Positions 9,484 through 18,550 of a stretch of 59,873 bases of DNA are shown in pieces. This stretch comes from a virus. Lineage: Duplodnaviria; Caudoviricetes. Position numbers and translations under genes: made by a program. Location of the stretch: IMG/VR virus record IMGVR_UViG_3300012943_000036, positions 1 through 59,873 of that record. One strand, written 5' to 3'. Below the pieces are notes generated by a model, which was given only the letters and a program-made list of their open reading frames with translations, made no database searches and was not told the origin of the DNA. The stretch's first letter is position 1. Each line of letters opens with the position of its first letter.

Positions 9484-9784
9484 CGTTGAGCCGGAACACT
9501 TCCACGAGTTTCCTGACGACTGGATCTTTGCTGGCCCTCGTGGTACTGATTGGCGCGCTGATCCTCGCTGGAAGCCGTCGGTCTACATCTACCTCGACGA
9601 GAACCTTCGTACCGTATGGCAGACATCGGAGCCGAGGTGCCTCGATGATGCCATCAACAAGTTCTCAGCTCACCGCGCCTACAATCCGGCATACCTTCAA
9701 TGTGCGCCAGAGCGAGGCAACCTGGAACTGGTCCCCTTCAAGTACGACGCAAAGACAGACACGGTCTTTCCGCTGGAGGCATAG
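9464..9784 (+). CDS. Hypothetical protein
   Basis: GGGAGG RBS; overlaps neighbours. Confidence 0.55.
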   Translation: MIRMKCDVEPEHFHEFPDDWIFAGPRGTDWRADPRWKPSVYIYLDENLRTVWQTSEPRCLDDAINKFSAHRAYNPAYLQCAPERGNLELVPFKYDAKTDTVFPLEA

Positions 9785-11289
9785 TGAGTTTAGCCACCCG
9801 TAAGTCATTAGAGCCTTGGCTCTTTGACACGGTCGAGTACTACCCCCATCAGATAGAGGGGGTTCGCAAACTTGCCCGCATGCAGAACTTCCTACTGGCC
9901 GACGACATGGGCCTCGGGAAGTCTCTGCAGGCACTCACGGTTGCAACCATCGACGTCGTGAGGGGCTGGGCAGAACGTATCCTGATCGTGGCGCCCGTCT
10001 CATTGAAAGGTAACTGGGCTGATGAGATTGAGAAGTTCACTACTCTCCCGTACACAATCCTCGGTCAAGAAGTTCTACCTGGGCCTCACATCGGTTCACC
10101 AGACCGAATCAAAAAGCTCTCTCCTGCGGAACGTAGTCGCCAGCTTATCGGTTATGGTGTGGATACTGGCCCTCGTGTACTTATCGTCAACTACGAACAG
10201 GTAAAGCCTCACCTAGCCGAACTCAACGGGCTTGAGTTTGACATCGTCATCTATGACGAAGCTCACTACATGAAGAACTACAAGAGTCAGCGCACCAAGG
10301 CGTGTCTGGCTCTCGATGGCGGTCGTCACTTCCTGCTGACTGGAACGCCGATGCTCAACCACGTCAACGAGCTCTGGCCGCTACTCCGCAAGATCGCACC
10401 TGACGAGTACCCCAAGTACTGGACCTTCATCAACAGGTACGCGGTCTTCGGTGGCTACAAGAACAAGCAGATTGTCGGCGTGAAGAATGAGCGAGAGCTC
10501 ACCGACAGGCTTCAGTCCGTCATGGTTCGACGGATGAAGAAAGACGTTCTCGACCTTCCCGATGTTCAGATCATTCAGCGCAAAGTCGACTTGTCGTCCG
10601 AACAGCGTGTCATCTATGACAAGCTTATTGACGACTTGACCATCGACATGATCGGCCTTGACGATCCAGAGAAGGTCGAGAACGCTCTCACCAAGTTCCT
10701 ACGCCTCAAGCAGATCTGTGGAACGACGCTGCCGTTCAACGGGAAAGACATCTCGTCCAAGTTGGATCTAGTGATCGAAGATGGTCTAGAGATCCTAGAG
10801 CCTCGCAAGGAGGAGTTCGCTCGCAAGCTCGTAGTGTTCAGTCAGTTCCGGCCAGTGATCGAATGCATCTGCAGTCGGTTTGACGAGGCGGCGAAGTGGG
10901 TCGATATCTGGGAGATTCACGGAGACGTTCCCACCCATAGCCGTTCGGCTGTAGTCAAAGAGTGGGCAGATCACCCAGGACCCGGAGTCCTCGTGTGCAA
11001 TCCGATCGTGGCTGGTGTTGGACTCAATATGATAGCCTCGCGTCACGGATTCTTCGTTGATAAGTTGTTTGTGCCTGGGTTGAATCAGCAAGCCATCGAC
11101 CGCATGCACCGCATCGGGGCTGACTTGACGCAGCCAATTCAGATCACTGAGTACTTAGCACGAGGTACTATCGAGAGTCGTGTAGAGCAGATTCTGCGAA
11201 CAAAGAAGAAGCTCTTCGGCTCCATTGTCGATGTGTCTGACTTCAAGCGTCGGTTGATTCAGGCAATGATGGAGAAGGATGAAGAATGA
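9784..11289 (+). CDS. SNF2-family DNA helicase/translocase
   Basis: LADDMGLGKS (I), DEAH (II), LTGTP (III), VGLN (V), QAIDRMHRIG (VI); GTG 9784 with GGAGG. Confidence 0.93.
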   Translation: MSLATRKSLEPWLFDTVEYYPHQIEGVRKLARMQNFLLADDMGLGKSLQALTVATIDVVRGWAERILIVAPVSLKGNWADEIEKFTTLPYTILGQEVLPGPHIGSPDRIKKLSPAERSRQLIGYGVDTGPRVLIVNYEQVKPHLAELNGLEFDIVIYDEAHYMKNYKSQRTKACLALDGGRHFLLTGTPMLNHVNELWPLLRKIAPDEYPKYWTFINRYAVFGGYKNKQIVGVKNERELTDRLQSVMVRRMKKDVLDLPDVQIIQRKVDLSSEQRVIYDKLIDDLTIDMIGLDDPEKVENALTKFLRLKQICGTTLPFNGKDISSKLDLVIEDGLEILEPRKEEFARKLVVFSQFRPVIECICSRFDEAAKWVDIWEIHGDVPTHSRSAVVKEWADHPGPGVLVCNPIVAGVGLNMIASRHGFFVDKLFVPGLNQQAIDRMHRIGADLTQPIQITEYLARGTIESRVEQILRTKKKLFGSIVDVSDFKRRLIQAMMEKDEE

Positions 11290-11435
11290 ATGCAGTTAAG
11301 GTTCATGTAGTGCCTCGTTGGTACTGTCCTGCTTGTCATTACAAGAACACGCCAGAACGTGTACCGCACTTGGAGCAAGTAACGAAGTGCGAAGTTTGCC
11401 GAGCGCAGTTCGTAGTTCAAGAAGTAGTCCGATGA
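11286..11435 (+). CDS. Small zinc-ribbon protein (49 aa, not in ORF track)
   Basis: MNAVKVHVVPRWYCPACH...KCEVCRAQFVV; ATGA overlaps at both ends. Confidence 0.7.
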   Translation: MNAVKVHVVPRWYCPACHYKNTPERVPHLEQVTKCEVCRAQFVVQEVVR

Positions 11436-11629
11436 CTGACGATCCTCTGATGAAAGTTCGTGACGTAGCCGAGATCTTTGACGTGACACCTGCGACGATT
11501 CGTGAGTGGATTAGTCAAGGCATCCTTCCCGCCGTGAAGATCGGACGAGGCCACTACTGGCGCGTCTACGCCTCCGAGGTAACAGCCCTAGCACACAGAA
11601 AGTACGGTAATGAATCTCAGTACGAATAA
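11432..11629 (+). CDS. Excisionase-like HTH protein
   Basis: MKVRDVAEIFDVTPATIREWISQGILPAVKIG..WRV. Confidence 0.85.
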   Translation: MTDDPLMKVRDVAEIFDVTPATIREWISQGILPAVKIGRGHYWRVYASEVTALAHRKYGNESQYE

Positions 11630-12206
11630 AGCAGACGATATGCTGGTGGTCGACCTCGAAACGACTGGCCTTTCGGCTGACTCGGAGGTTCCGCTAGAGG
11701 CAGGCTTCATCATTGTCGACAAGTACGGCAACGAGAAGGACCACATGGACTTCTTGATCTGGGAGGACACGGACCAGTACAAGAACGCCTGGACCGGCAT
11801 GATCGACTTCGTCAAGGACATGCACCAGAAGAACGGTCTAAGCGCTGATCTGTTCAGCGGGCGTCCGCTGTGGACTCGTCGTGCCGTCGCTCTGGCAGCG
11901 ATGAACTGGGTTTACGAGATGGGGTACGACAAGGGTGAACTCCCAATCATGGGTTCCTCAATCGGCAGCCTCGATCGTCCCTTCCTTATCAAGCACTTCG
12001 ATTTTCTCAACGAGTTTCTCTCGTATCGCAACATCGACGTGAGCACTCTCAAGGAGATCGCAAAGCGCTTCAGGCCCGACCTCTACAACTATTACGAGAA
12101 GAACTACCCGAAAGAAAGTGCGGTCCATCGAGTGCTGGAGGACTGTCGCTCCTCGATCCATCAGTACCAGTACTACCTCTCAAGCTTCACGCAGTCTGGT
12201 ATCTAA
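11610..12206 (+). CDS. Oligoribonuclease-like DEDDh 3'-5' exonuclease
   Basis: VDLETTGL, DRPFL, SYRNIDVSTLKE, HRVLEDC match the Orn pattern. Confidence 0.85.
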   Translation: MNLSTNKADDMLVVDLETTGLSADSEVPLEAGFIIVDKYGNEKDHMDFLIWEDTDQYKNAWTGMIDFVKDMHQKNGLSADLFSGRPLWTRRAVALAAMNWVYEMGYDKGELPIMGSSIGSLDRPFLIKHFDFLNEFLSYRNIDVSTLKEIAKRFRPDLYNYYEKNYPKESAVHRVLEDCRSSIHQYQYYLSSFTQSGI

Positions 12207-12628
12207 TGCCCGAGGTCATCTGGACGCTCGTCGAGGATGACGACAACTTTGGAATCGACAGGGAGATCGGCAAGGGTAAAGACTTGTTGATCTCAACCCC
12301 TGGTAGTGGCCCTCCACAGATGATCTTCGAAAAACACGAAGGCGGTCGCTCCTGGTATCGAATGGAGAACTTTGGCTGGACTGAGGCGCGGGCTAGAATC
12401 CATGACTGGAAGACACCCGCTCCTGATCCGTTCCTTCCGCAGCCAGCATTCCGTGACAGGACTACTGTTGAAGATGCACAGATCCTTATCGCGTCACTGG
12501 TTCGTGTTCTGGGAGGGTCAGTCACGATTAGCACTACAGACCTTGAGGCTGTAGTCCGAGGTCAGCTTGTCACATACATGATGGACGCCCCCAAGGCGAT
12601 GGTACTCAAGTACGAGGAGCCCGAGTGA
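12206..12628 (+). CDS. Hypothetical protein
   Basis: TAATG coupling. Confidence 0.6.
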   Translation: MPEVIWTLVEDDDNFGIDREIGKGKDLLISTPGSGPPQMIFEKHEGGRSWYRMENFGWTEARARIHDWKTPAPDPFLPQPAFRDRTTVEDAQILIASLVRVLGGSVTISTTDLEAVVRGQLVTYMMDAPKAMVLKYEEPE

Positions 12629-13752
12629 AGGTCACGTTCGAGAACGCTACGATTGCTGACTCGGTCGGCAAGGCAGCGCGTGTCGCTCCCACCAAGGGAG
12701 AAGCCTTCGACAAGGCGTCTGGAATCCTGCTCACACTGGACCCGGACGACAACACCGTGACTCTGCGTACGACGAACCTCCACGTCTTCTATCTAGAGGT
12801 GGTCGACGTCGTTGAGCTCGACATGGGGTCATCCCTAGATGGCAACTGGCGTCTCAATGCTCAGATGCTCGCAGACGTGATGAAGACCTTGCCAATCGGC
12901 TCAGGCAAGATCGTTACCTTCGAAGACAAGGATGGCGAGGTCATCGTCAAGTCTGGTCGGACCACAGCTCGATTCAGGAAGATGGATCACACGTACTTCC
13001 CTCAGTGGGAAGCCTTCGATCCCGAGAAGCTTGATATGGTTCCAGACTTCGGCGCTCGTCTTAAGCAGGTCGAGTGGGCGGCAGACGACGACGACGGCTC
13101 GCCTATCGCTGGCATCCGCCTCGACGGCCAACGTGCAATCGCCACTGACCGATTCAGGCTAGCGGTTGTGCCGTGCGAGGCTGAGCCGATCTACAAGCCG
13201 ATCACGATTCCGTCTGGCATCCTCAAGCCAGTCATCGGCAACCTCCGAGACGTAGCCATCGGAATTGACGAGGGCATGTTCTTGCTCATGCCTGATACGT
13301 CGACTCAGATCCGTACTCGCATCTACGACCGAGACTACCCGAACGTAGTCAAGGCGATGGACGAGCGGACTTGGCCGAACAAGCTCACAGTTCGCAAACA
13401 GGCTCTTCTCGACATCATCCAGCGTGCGATGATCTTTGCTCAGCGCGACCGCATCCCGAAGATGACCTGCATTATCGGAAGCAACGAGTTCGCAGTCATG
13501 TGTTCAGACGCTGACCTCGGACTGCTCGGCGATGTCGTAGAGCTCGACTCGACCGAAGCTGACCACGCTCGCTACCGCATCTTGTTCACGCCGCGCAACC
13601 TCACCGAGGCACTCCAAGCCGCTCCATCCGAAGTAGTCGACATCTTCTACGACCCGGACAACAGCAACTTTCCCTTCAAGGTCGACGGTGGTTCGGGCTA
13701 TACCGCCCTGGTCATGCCGCGCCGTGAAACCGAGGGGGGTGACGGGTCCTAG
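12625..13752 (+). CDS. dnaN: DNA polymerase III beta subunit-like sliding clamp
   Basis: 375 aa; ATDRFRLA, RIYDRDYPN and C-terminal LVMP motifs. Confidence 0.88.
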   Translation: MKVTFENATIADSVGKAARVAPTKGEAFDKASGILLTLDPDDNTVTLRTTNLHVFYLEVVDVVELDMGSSLDGNWRLNAQMLADVMKTLPIGSGKIVTFEDKDGEVIVKSGRTTARFRKMDHTYFPQWEAFDPEKLDMVPDFGARLKQVEWAADDDDGSPIAGIRLDGQRAIATDRFRLAVVPCEAEPIYKPITIPSGILKPVIGNLRDVAIGIDEGMFLLMPDTSTQIRTRIYDRDYPNVVKAMDERTWPNKLTVRKQALLDIIQRAMIFAQRDRIPKMTCIIGSNEFAVMCSDADLGLLGDVVELDSTEADHARYRILFTPRNLTEALQAAPSEVVDIFYDPDNSNFPFKVDGGSGYTALVMPRRETEGGDGS

Positions 13753-13841
13753 ATGGCCCGAGGATGACACACAACCGGCCCGCCCTGCCCCGCTCGGGTG
13801 ATCGTGGGGCAACTACACCACCGCGACACGAGAGGACCCTA

Positions 13842-14237
13842 GTGGACGTGTTTACGGACATATCCAGACCGTACGTAAGTGGTCAAATCAGTGGTTTGAC
13901 CCCTGAAGAGTACGTAGCGAACTTTTCCAGAGGCCATGCGCTTCTGGAACGCAACGGCATGGAGCCACGCAATCCCCTGACAGTGCAAGCTTGCCCCACC
14001 GAGGATTGCAACGAGTACGCACAGAAGCCGGACGGGACTTACCTCCACTCCTGGCAGTGCTATCTCAAGTACGACCTGATCATGATGATGATGGAGTGCG
14101 ACTCCATCGCTCTGCTCCCGAACTGGAATCACAGCAAGGGATCCAAGCTCGAGCTGCATGTGGCTCGGGAACTCGACTACCCGATTCTGTACATCAGTCG
14201 GGGCTACAAGACTGTCACGAAAGGAGTAGGCATCTGA
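13842..14237 (+). CDS. DUF4406-like nucleoside deoxyribosyltransferase-fold protein
   Basis: YVSGQISG, NP, CDSIALLPNW..SKGSKLE; GTG 13842 with AGAGGA (could start at 13764). Confidence 0.75.
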   Translation: MDVFTDISRPYVSGQISGLTPEEYVANFSRGHALLERNGMEPRNPLTVQACPTEDCNEYAQKPDGTYLHSWQCYLKYDLIMMMMECDSIALLPNWNHSKGSKLELHVARELDYPILYISRGYKTVTKGVGI

Positions 14238-14434
14238 TGGACGAAGAAGAGCTTGACGACGATCCCTTCCTGAAGGAAGGTAACCACAAGGAGAAGCAGC
14301 CTTGGTGGAACGACGGTGACAAGGTGGGAGGCATGTCAGCTAGCATCTTGCTGCTGGCTTTGGCGATTGCCGTGTCGCTCATCATCATCGGCCTGTCGGT
14401 GAAGTTCTTCATCTGGATCACACCAGGCGTCTAG
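14237..14434 (+). CDS. Small single-pass membrane protein
   Basis: AAGGAG RBS; C-terminal hydrophobic helix. Confidence 0.65.
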   Translation: MDEEELDDDPFLKEGNHKEKQPWWNDGDKVGGMSASILLLALAIAVSLIIIGLSVKFFIWITPGV

Positions 14435-14959
14435 ATGCGACCGATTCCAAACCCACTTGAGCGCTGGTATACGCTCAACCTCAATCCCGAGCCGTGGGCA
14501 ATCGGAACTGCACATGCACGAGGTATCAGTCCTAACCCTGGGCTGGTGTCGTACCAGAAAGCTGTGAAGGAAGAGCTTGCTGGGGAGCCGATGCTGCCCA
14601 AAGACTTTCGCAAGCTCACGTTCTACTTCTTCCGGCGAGTAGACAAGTACATCGACGCTGCGGATCACGTCAGGTCGCGGAATGCAGCAGACGCGACCAA
14701 TCTCCAGAAGGGCTTGGAAGACGCCCTCCAGGGGATCTTGTTCGAGAATGACCGAGAGGTCCGAGACATTCGCTCAGTCATTGTCATGCAGGGTCATTCA
14801 GTTGATCCTGCATTCATCATCATTCATGCCTCCAGGTTGTATGAGAACAGTCTCATGGATGAAGTTCCTCCGGAGCTCCTAGAGCAGGCGCTTCGTGGGT
14901 TTGCAGGCAAGTCCGAACACACAACCAGTCGGTGGTCTGATGCCGACGACTACTTCTAG
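14435..14959 (+). CDS. rusA: RusA-like Holliday junction resolvase
   Basis: DATNLQKGLEDALQGILFENDREV matches DxDNxxKxxxDxL..DD. Confidence 0.85.
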   Translation: MRPIPNPLERWYTLNLNPEPWAIGTAHARGISPNPGLVSYQKAVKEELAGEPMLPKDFRKLTFYFFRRVDKYIDAADHVRSRNAADATNLQKGLEDALQGILFENDREVRDIRSVIVMQGHSVDPAFIIIHASRLYENSLMDEVPPELLEQALRGFAGKSEHTTSRWSDADDYF

Positions 14960-14969
14960 GAGAACTGAC

Positions 14970-15422
14970 GTGGCAAGTATCGCAGCATGGCAGAAGACGG
15001 TCAACCAGTGGGCCGTCGAAAAGGGCTGGCGAGGTCCGGCTGCTACTCCGCGAACAATCGGCGACGAGGTTGCGCTGATCCACTCCGAGGCTTCCGAAGT
15101 CTTGGAGGCCTTCCGTGATAACCCCGACCCGAAGGCGATCTGGTACACCTACACCGTCGAGATCGAGGGTGTCAAGTTTCCGAACATGAGCCGCGACCAG
15201 CTTCGCATTCTTCTCAACTGCGACGAGGACGAGCTCGACGACAATATCGCCGAGCTTGGTCTGGAAGGCAAGCCTGAGGGCTTCGGTCCCGAGATGGCCG
15301 ATATCGCCATTCGACTTCTCGACAACGCCGAGCATCACGGACTCGACCTGGAGACACTGATCGCTCAGAAGATGAACCACAACAGGACTCGTCCCTTCCA
15401 GCACGGAGGCAAGACGATCTAG
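14970..15422 (+). CDS. MazG-like nucleotide pyrophosphohydrolase
   Basis: LIHSEASEVLEA, EMADIAIRLLD, KMNHNRTR. Confidence 0.85.
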   Translation: MASIAAWQKTVNQWAVEKGWRGPAATPRTIGDEVALIHSEASEVLEAFRDNPDPKAIWYTYTVEIEGVKFPNMSRDQLRILLNCDEDELDDNIAELGLEGKPEGFGPEMADIAIRLLDNAEHHGLDLETLIAQKMNHNRTRPFQHGGKTI

Positions 15423-15757
15423 TGATCGAAGTAGTCATCACGCATGTCGGCTCCGAAGTAGAGCTGGGTCGCGTTACCATCGAGAACGTTCAGATGAACG
15501 ACGATGGTTCTGCTGACTACAGTGTCCGCTTCGGAGTCGACAGGCATGATGCTTTCGGCGTCCATCAACGAGGGATCTTCGGCTTTCCTCGCAAGCGGTA
15601 CAACGTATTCGGTCTGTTGCTTCAGGCCCTCAATACCTTAGATCCGGGAGAGCTTGAACTTGAAGCCGAAGCTGACATCGACGGAAGTAGCAACACTACT
15701 CACCCTTCGATCAAACGGCTGGTCCGTCGCCGACATCGCAAAGAAGATGGGAATTAG
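15422..15757 (+). CDS. Hypothetical protein
   Basis: TAGTG coupling. Confidence 0.6.
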   Translation: MIEVVITHVGSEVELGRVTIENVQMNDDGSADYSVRFGVDRHDAFGVHQRGIFGFPRKRYNVFGLLLQALNTLDPGELELEAEADIDGSSNTTHPSIKRLVRRRHRKEDGN

Positions 15758-16034
15758 CGCACGAACGGTTTACCGGAAGTGTCGCTTGCAAGATCCGCCA
15801 CGACGGCGTAAGCTCAAGCCTTGCGGTACCGAGGCTGCATATCGACGTCACCGCCGTAATGGCGAGTACCCATGCACAGCCTGCCTCGCAGCACACGTTG
15901 ACTACAACAGGAAGCCAAGTGACGAAACTCGTACATCAGATCTGGCAGGGGAAGTCCGAGGAGAAAGGACTGATCTTCCAGAACAAGAAGAACATCGCTG
16001 CGGTGATTACAGATCCGCCCTTCGGTGTGGATAA
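15654..16034 (+). CDS. HTH protein with CGT..AY.RH..GE.PC..C metal-binding motif
   Basis: GWSVADIAKKMGISARTVYR helix-turn-helix; overlaps both neighbours. Confidence 0.7.
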   Translation: MNLKPKLTSTEVATLLTLRSNGWSVADIAKKMGISARTVYRKCRLQDPPRRRKLKPCGTEAAYRRHRRNGEYPCTACLAAHVDYNRKPSDETRTSDLAGEVRGERTDLPEQEEHRCGDYRSALRCG

Positions 16035-16641
16035 TCAGTCCAACCAAGCGGTTACCGATCATGGCAAGAAGTACGCCCGCAAGATTGCCAATGACGAGAG
16101 CCCCGAGATAGCCATTGCTACCTTCAAGCGCGTCATGGACGTAATCCTCCCCGGCACAAGAGACGACGCTGACGCCTACGTGTTCACGTCTTACCAGGTG
16201 CTCTCCGACTGGCTCGTGATGACCGACCAGTACATGCCGAAGCACGGCTTCAAGCGCAAGGCCATTCTTGTCTGGGAGAAGGACGGCCCTGGCATGGGTG
16301 ACACTGAATGCCCCTGGGGTATGGGCTCGGAGTTCATCTTGTTCTTCCAGAAGGGTAGGCGAGAGAAGTCTGCCAAGCGTCGCAACTCAGTCATGCACTT
16401 CCCCCAACTCCGACCGAACGAGCTGATCCACCCGCATGAGAAGCCTGAGGGGCTTCTCCGAAAGCTCATCGAAGCCTCAACCGTAGAGGGTGACCTTGTC
16501 GTTGACCCGTTTGGTGGTTCTGGATCTCTTGTGCGTGCCGCTAGAGCTTGCGGGCGTTCTGCTGTGGCGATCGAGTACGATCAGGAGAATTACGATCTTG
16601 CGATTGAGAAGTTTCATGCAAAAGCGGAAGGACTGTTCTGA
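15919..16641 (+). CDS. N6-adenine/N4-cytosine DNA methyltransferase (beta class)
   Basis: TDPPF catalytic motif, HPHEKP, VDPFGGSGS SAM-binding motif. Confidence 0.92.
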   Translation: MTKLVHQIWQGKSEEKGLIFQNKKNIAAVITDPPFGVDNQSNQAVTDHGKKYARKIANDESPEIAIATFKRVMDVILPGTRDDADAYVFTSYQVLSDWLVMTDQYMPKHGFKRKAILVWEKDGPGMGDTECPWGMGSEFILFFQKGRREKSAKRRNSVMHFPQLRPNELIHPHEKPEGLLRKLIEASTVEGDLVVDPFGGSGSLVRAARACGRSAVAIEYDQENYDLAIEKFHAKAEGLF

Positions 16642-16901
16642 TGGCAAGTCAACGTGAGATGGGACAGGCTCTGGCGACACTGGAAAAGTGGCGCAAGAGC
16701 ATGCCAGGTACGCCGGAGCGATTCCGTCACGCTTTCTGGCAGATTCGCTCTGCCAGTCAAGGCTGGGAAGTCGACCTCTTTCCTGCAGACGGAGTCACAA
16801 ACTGCTTCTCTGCTACGAATGAGAGCTTGACAACCGCGGTCAACGTCGCAATCAACAAGTCGAAGGGAATGAAGGTCGATGGCAAGGTCGAGCATCGGTA
16901 G
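16641..16901 (+). CDS. Hypothetical protein
   Basis: TGATG coupling. Confidence 0.55.
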   Translation: MASQREMGQALATLEKWRKSMPGTPERFRHAFWQIRSASQGWEVDLFPADGVTNCFSATNESLTTAVNVAINKSKGMKVDGKVEHR

Positions 16902-17281
16902 TGGCCGGACTGACTGATCACGAGAGGCGAGCATGCTGGGCTATCGCTCGTCACTATACAGGCGACGGACGATGGGGTAGACCTCGTCAGGGACCTCATG
17001 GAGCTGGGCCGTGGTGGATCGACGGCTTCATGGTACGCAAGTATCGCCCTCGTCTTGTTAGATGGGAACGCGCTACGGGACGTAATGCTCGCAAGGTTCA
17101 CGCTCTGCGTTACAGAGTCTGGGCGTCTACGGGTTTTCGTACTCCTACTGTACGTCAGATCTCTGTATGGTGGTGCGGCGGTCAGTCCACTTCTAAAACA
17201 GAACACATCATCGAGCCCAGCCTGGTATGTCGCGCCTGCCTGTTGCGTATCAACGACGATTCAAAGGAGGTGAGACTATGA
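16901..17281 (+). CDS. Basic hypothetical protein with Cys motifs
   Basis: TAGTG coupling; CRAC. Confidence 0.5.
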   Translation: MAGLTDHERRACWAIARHYTGDGRWGRPRQGPHGAGPWWIDGFMVRKYRPRLVRWERATGRNARKVHALRYRVWASTGFRTPTVRQISVWWCGGQSTSKTEHIIEPSLVCRACLLRINDDSKEVRL

Positions 17282-17454
17282 AACTGGAGAATCCTCACAA
17301 CATCATCGCTGTCAAGCCGATCAACGAGACGGACGTCGAAGTCCGTTACGGCGACGGCAAGAAGCCTGTCATTCTGAAGAACACAACCACTTCTTCGGTC
17401 ATGCGACAGGTCGAACGCGCCAAGGCTTCGGAGTCATCCTCCGATAGTGCTTGA
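17278..17454 (+). CDS. Small hypothetical protein
   Basis: AAGGAGGTGA RBS, ATGA overlap. Confidence 0.65.
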   Translation: MKLENPHNIIAVKPINETDVEVRYGDGKKPVILKNTTTSSVMRQVERAKASESSSDSA

Positions 17455-17545
17455 CATTGTCCGTTCGCATGACAGGACCCCGTAGGCGGGTGTATCGTCC
17501 GATGTCAAGTACCACCATGCACCTGACCTAGAAACAGGGGACAAC

Positions 17546-17917
17546 ATGCCTGACGAGGCTAATACCAAGCAGCCCGTCGTCTTGCGGAGGCCAGAGGTAG
17601 TCGACACACGCGCCGACACTGGTCTGAACGAAGACGACGCCATAGCAGTCACGCCGTTTCAAGTCATCCGGCGAGGCGAAGACACGGTGGACGGGGACGA
17701 CCGCGTCACTTTCGCTGACTTCAGACCACAGGTTCTCCCCGCAGACGCGGACGAGGAGCCTGAGGTTGAGCCGGTCCCAAAAGGCGAATCTGCACCGGAG
17801 CTTGCGTCTTCAGCGGAGTCGACGAGAACGACCGAGCCGAAGACGTCGGAGCCGAGTGCCCAGGAACCTGCAAGCTCGGAAGATGGCTCGCCCAGCCCGA
17901 GCGAGCCTTCGAAGTAG
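17546..17917 (+). CDS. Acidic low-complexity hypothetical protein
   Basis: AGGGG RBS; candidate promoter ATGACA-18-TATCGT upstream. Confidence 0.6.
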   Translation: MPDEANTKQPVVLRRPEVVDTRADTGLNEDDAIAVTPFQVIRRGEDTVDGDDRVTFADFRPQVLPADADEEPEVEPVPKGESAPELASSAESTRTTEPKTSEPSAQEPASSEDGSPSPSEPSK

Positions 17918-17943
17918 AGTTTCTCCAGACCGACGAACCCTGG

Positions 17944-18165
17944 ATGAAACAGGCTGCGTGCCTGGGAAAAGCGCCTAACAAGCGCAAGGATCCGAATGCG
18001 CCTGACCCCTGGTTTCCGGCCAAGGGAGAGTCACTCAACACCGGCAAGATCATCTGCTTCACATGCCCTGTTCGCGCTCAATGTGATCAGTACAGAATCC
18101 GTACAAAGTCCCGACACGGCATGTGGGCCGGGGCTATCCAGTCCAAGGACAAAGAGGGGGAATAG
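17944..18165 (+). CDS. whiB: WhiB-family transcription factor
   Basis: C..DPWFP..C..CPVR.QC..GMWAG. Confidence 0.9.
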   Translation: MKQAACLGKAPNKRKDPNAPDPWFPAKGESLNTGKIICFTCPVRAQCDQYRIRTKSRHGMWAGAIQSKDKEGE

Positions 18166-18380
18166 TGGCCGAGTACACACGCACCTGGATCACCCGTGAA
18201 GAGATCGCTGAGATCGTGGAGGCCCGCATCAAGAAGCGTGTAGACGCCATCGCCAAGGACAAGCTGACTGTCCTCGATGAGATGCGCGTCGGACAAGATG
18301 TCCTGCGGATGCAAGAGCAGGCTGACACGATCAGAGCCAACATCAAGCTCTTCAGTAACCGTGTCGGGGAGCGCGTGTGA
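18165..18380 (+). CDS. Hypothetical protein
   Basis: TAGTG coupling, GAGGGGG RBS. Confidence 0.6.
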   Translation: MAEYTRTWITREEIAEIVEARIKKRVDAIAKDKLTVLDEMRVGQDVLRMQEQADTIRANIKLFSNRVGERV

Positions 18381-18550
18381 GACTCGCAGTAGGTTTGACA
18401 TTCGACGTACCAAGGCCTGATTGCGCAGTAGAGATTCTGACAGCTGTCGATCCGCCAAGTCTTCCTCACTTCGACGAGCAAGTCAGGATCGTTGTGGGCA
18501 CAGAGGTCAATAACCTTGTTTCCTGGCTAGATGAAGGTGAAGTCCGATGA
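18377..18550 (+). CDS. Small hypothetical protein (57 aa, not in ORF track)
   Basis: GTGA and ATGA overlaps exactly fill the gap. Confidence 0.6.
   Translation: MRLAVGLTFDVPRPDCAVEILTAVDPPSLPHFDEQVRIVVGTEVNNLVSWLDEGEVR

Noticed and set aside
14432-14437. In-frame TAG-ATG between membrane gene and rusA as read-through
   Set aside because: No motif spans the junction; simple adjacency is enough
17492-17510. ATGTCAAGT as a second dif site
   Set aside because: No correctly spaced partner arm or ATAA/TTAT core
18395-18423. TTGACA as a promoter -35
   Set aside because: No matching -10 and it lies inside a coupled 57-aa ORF
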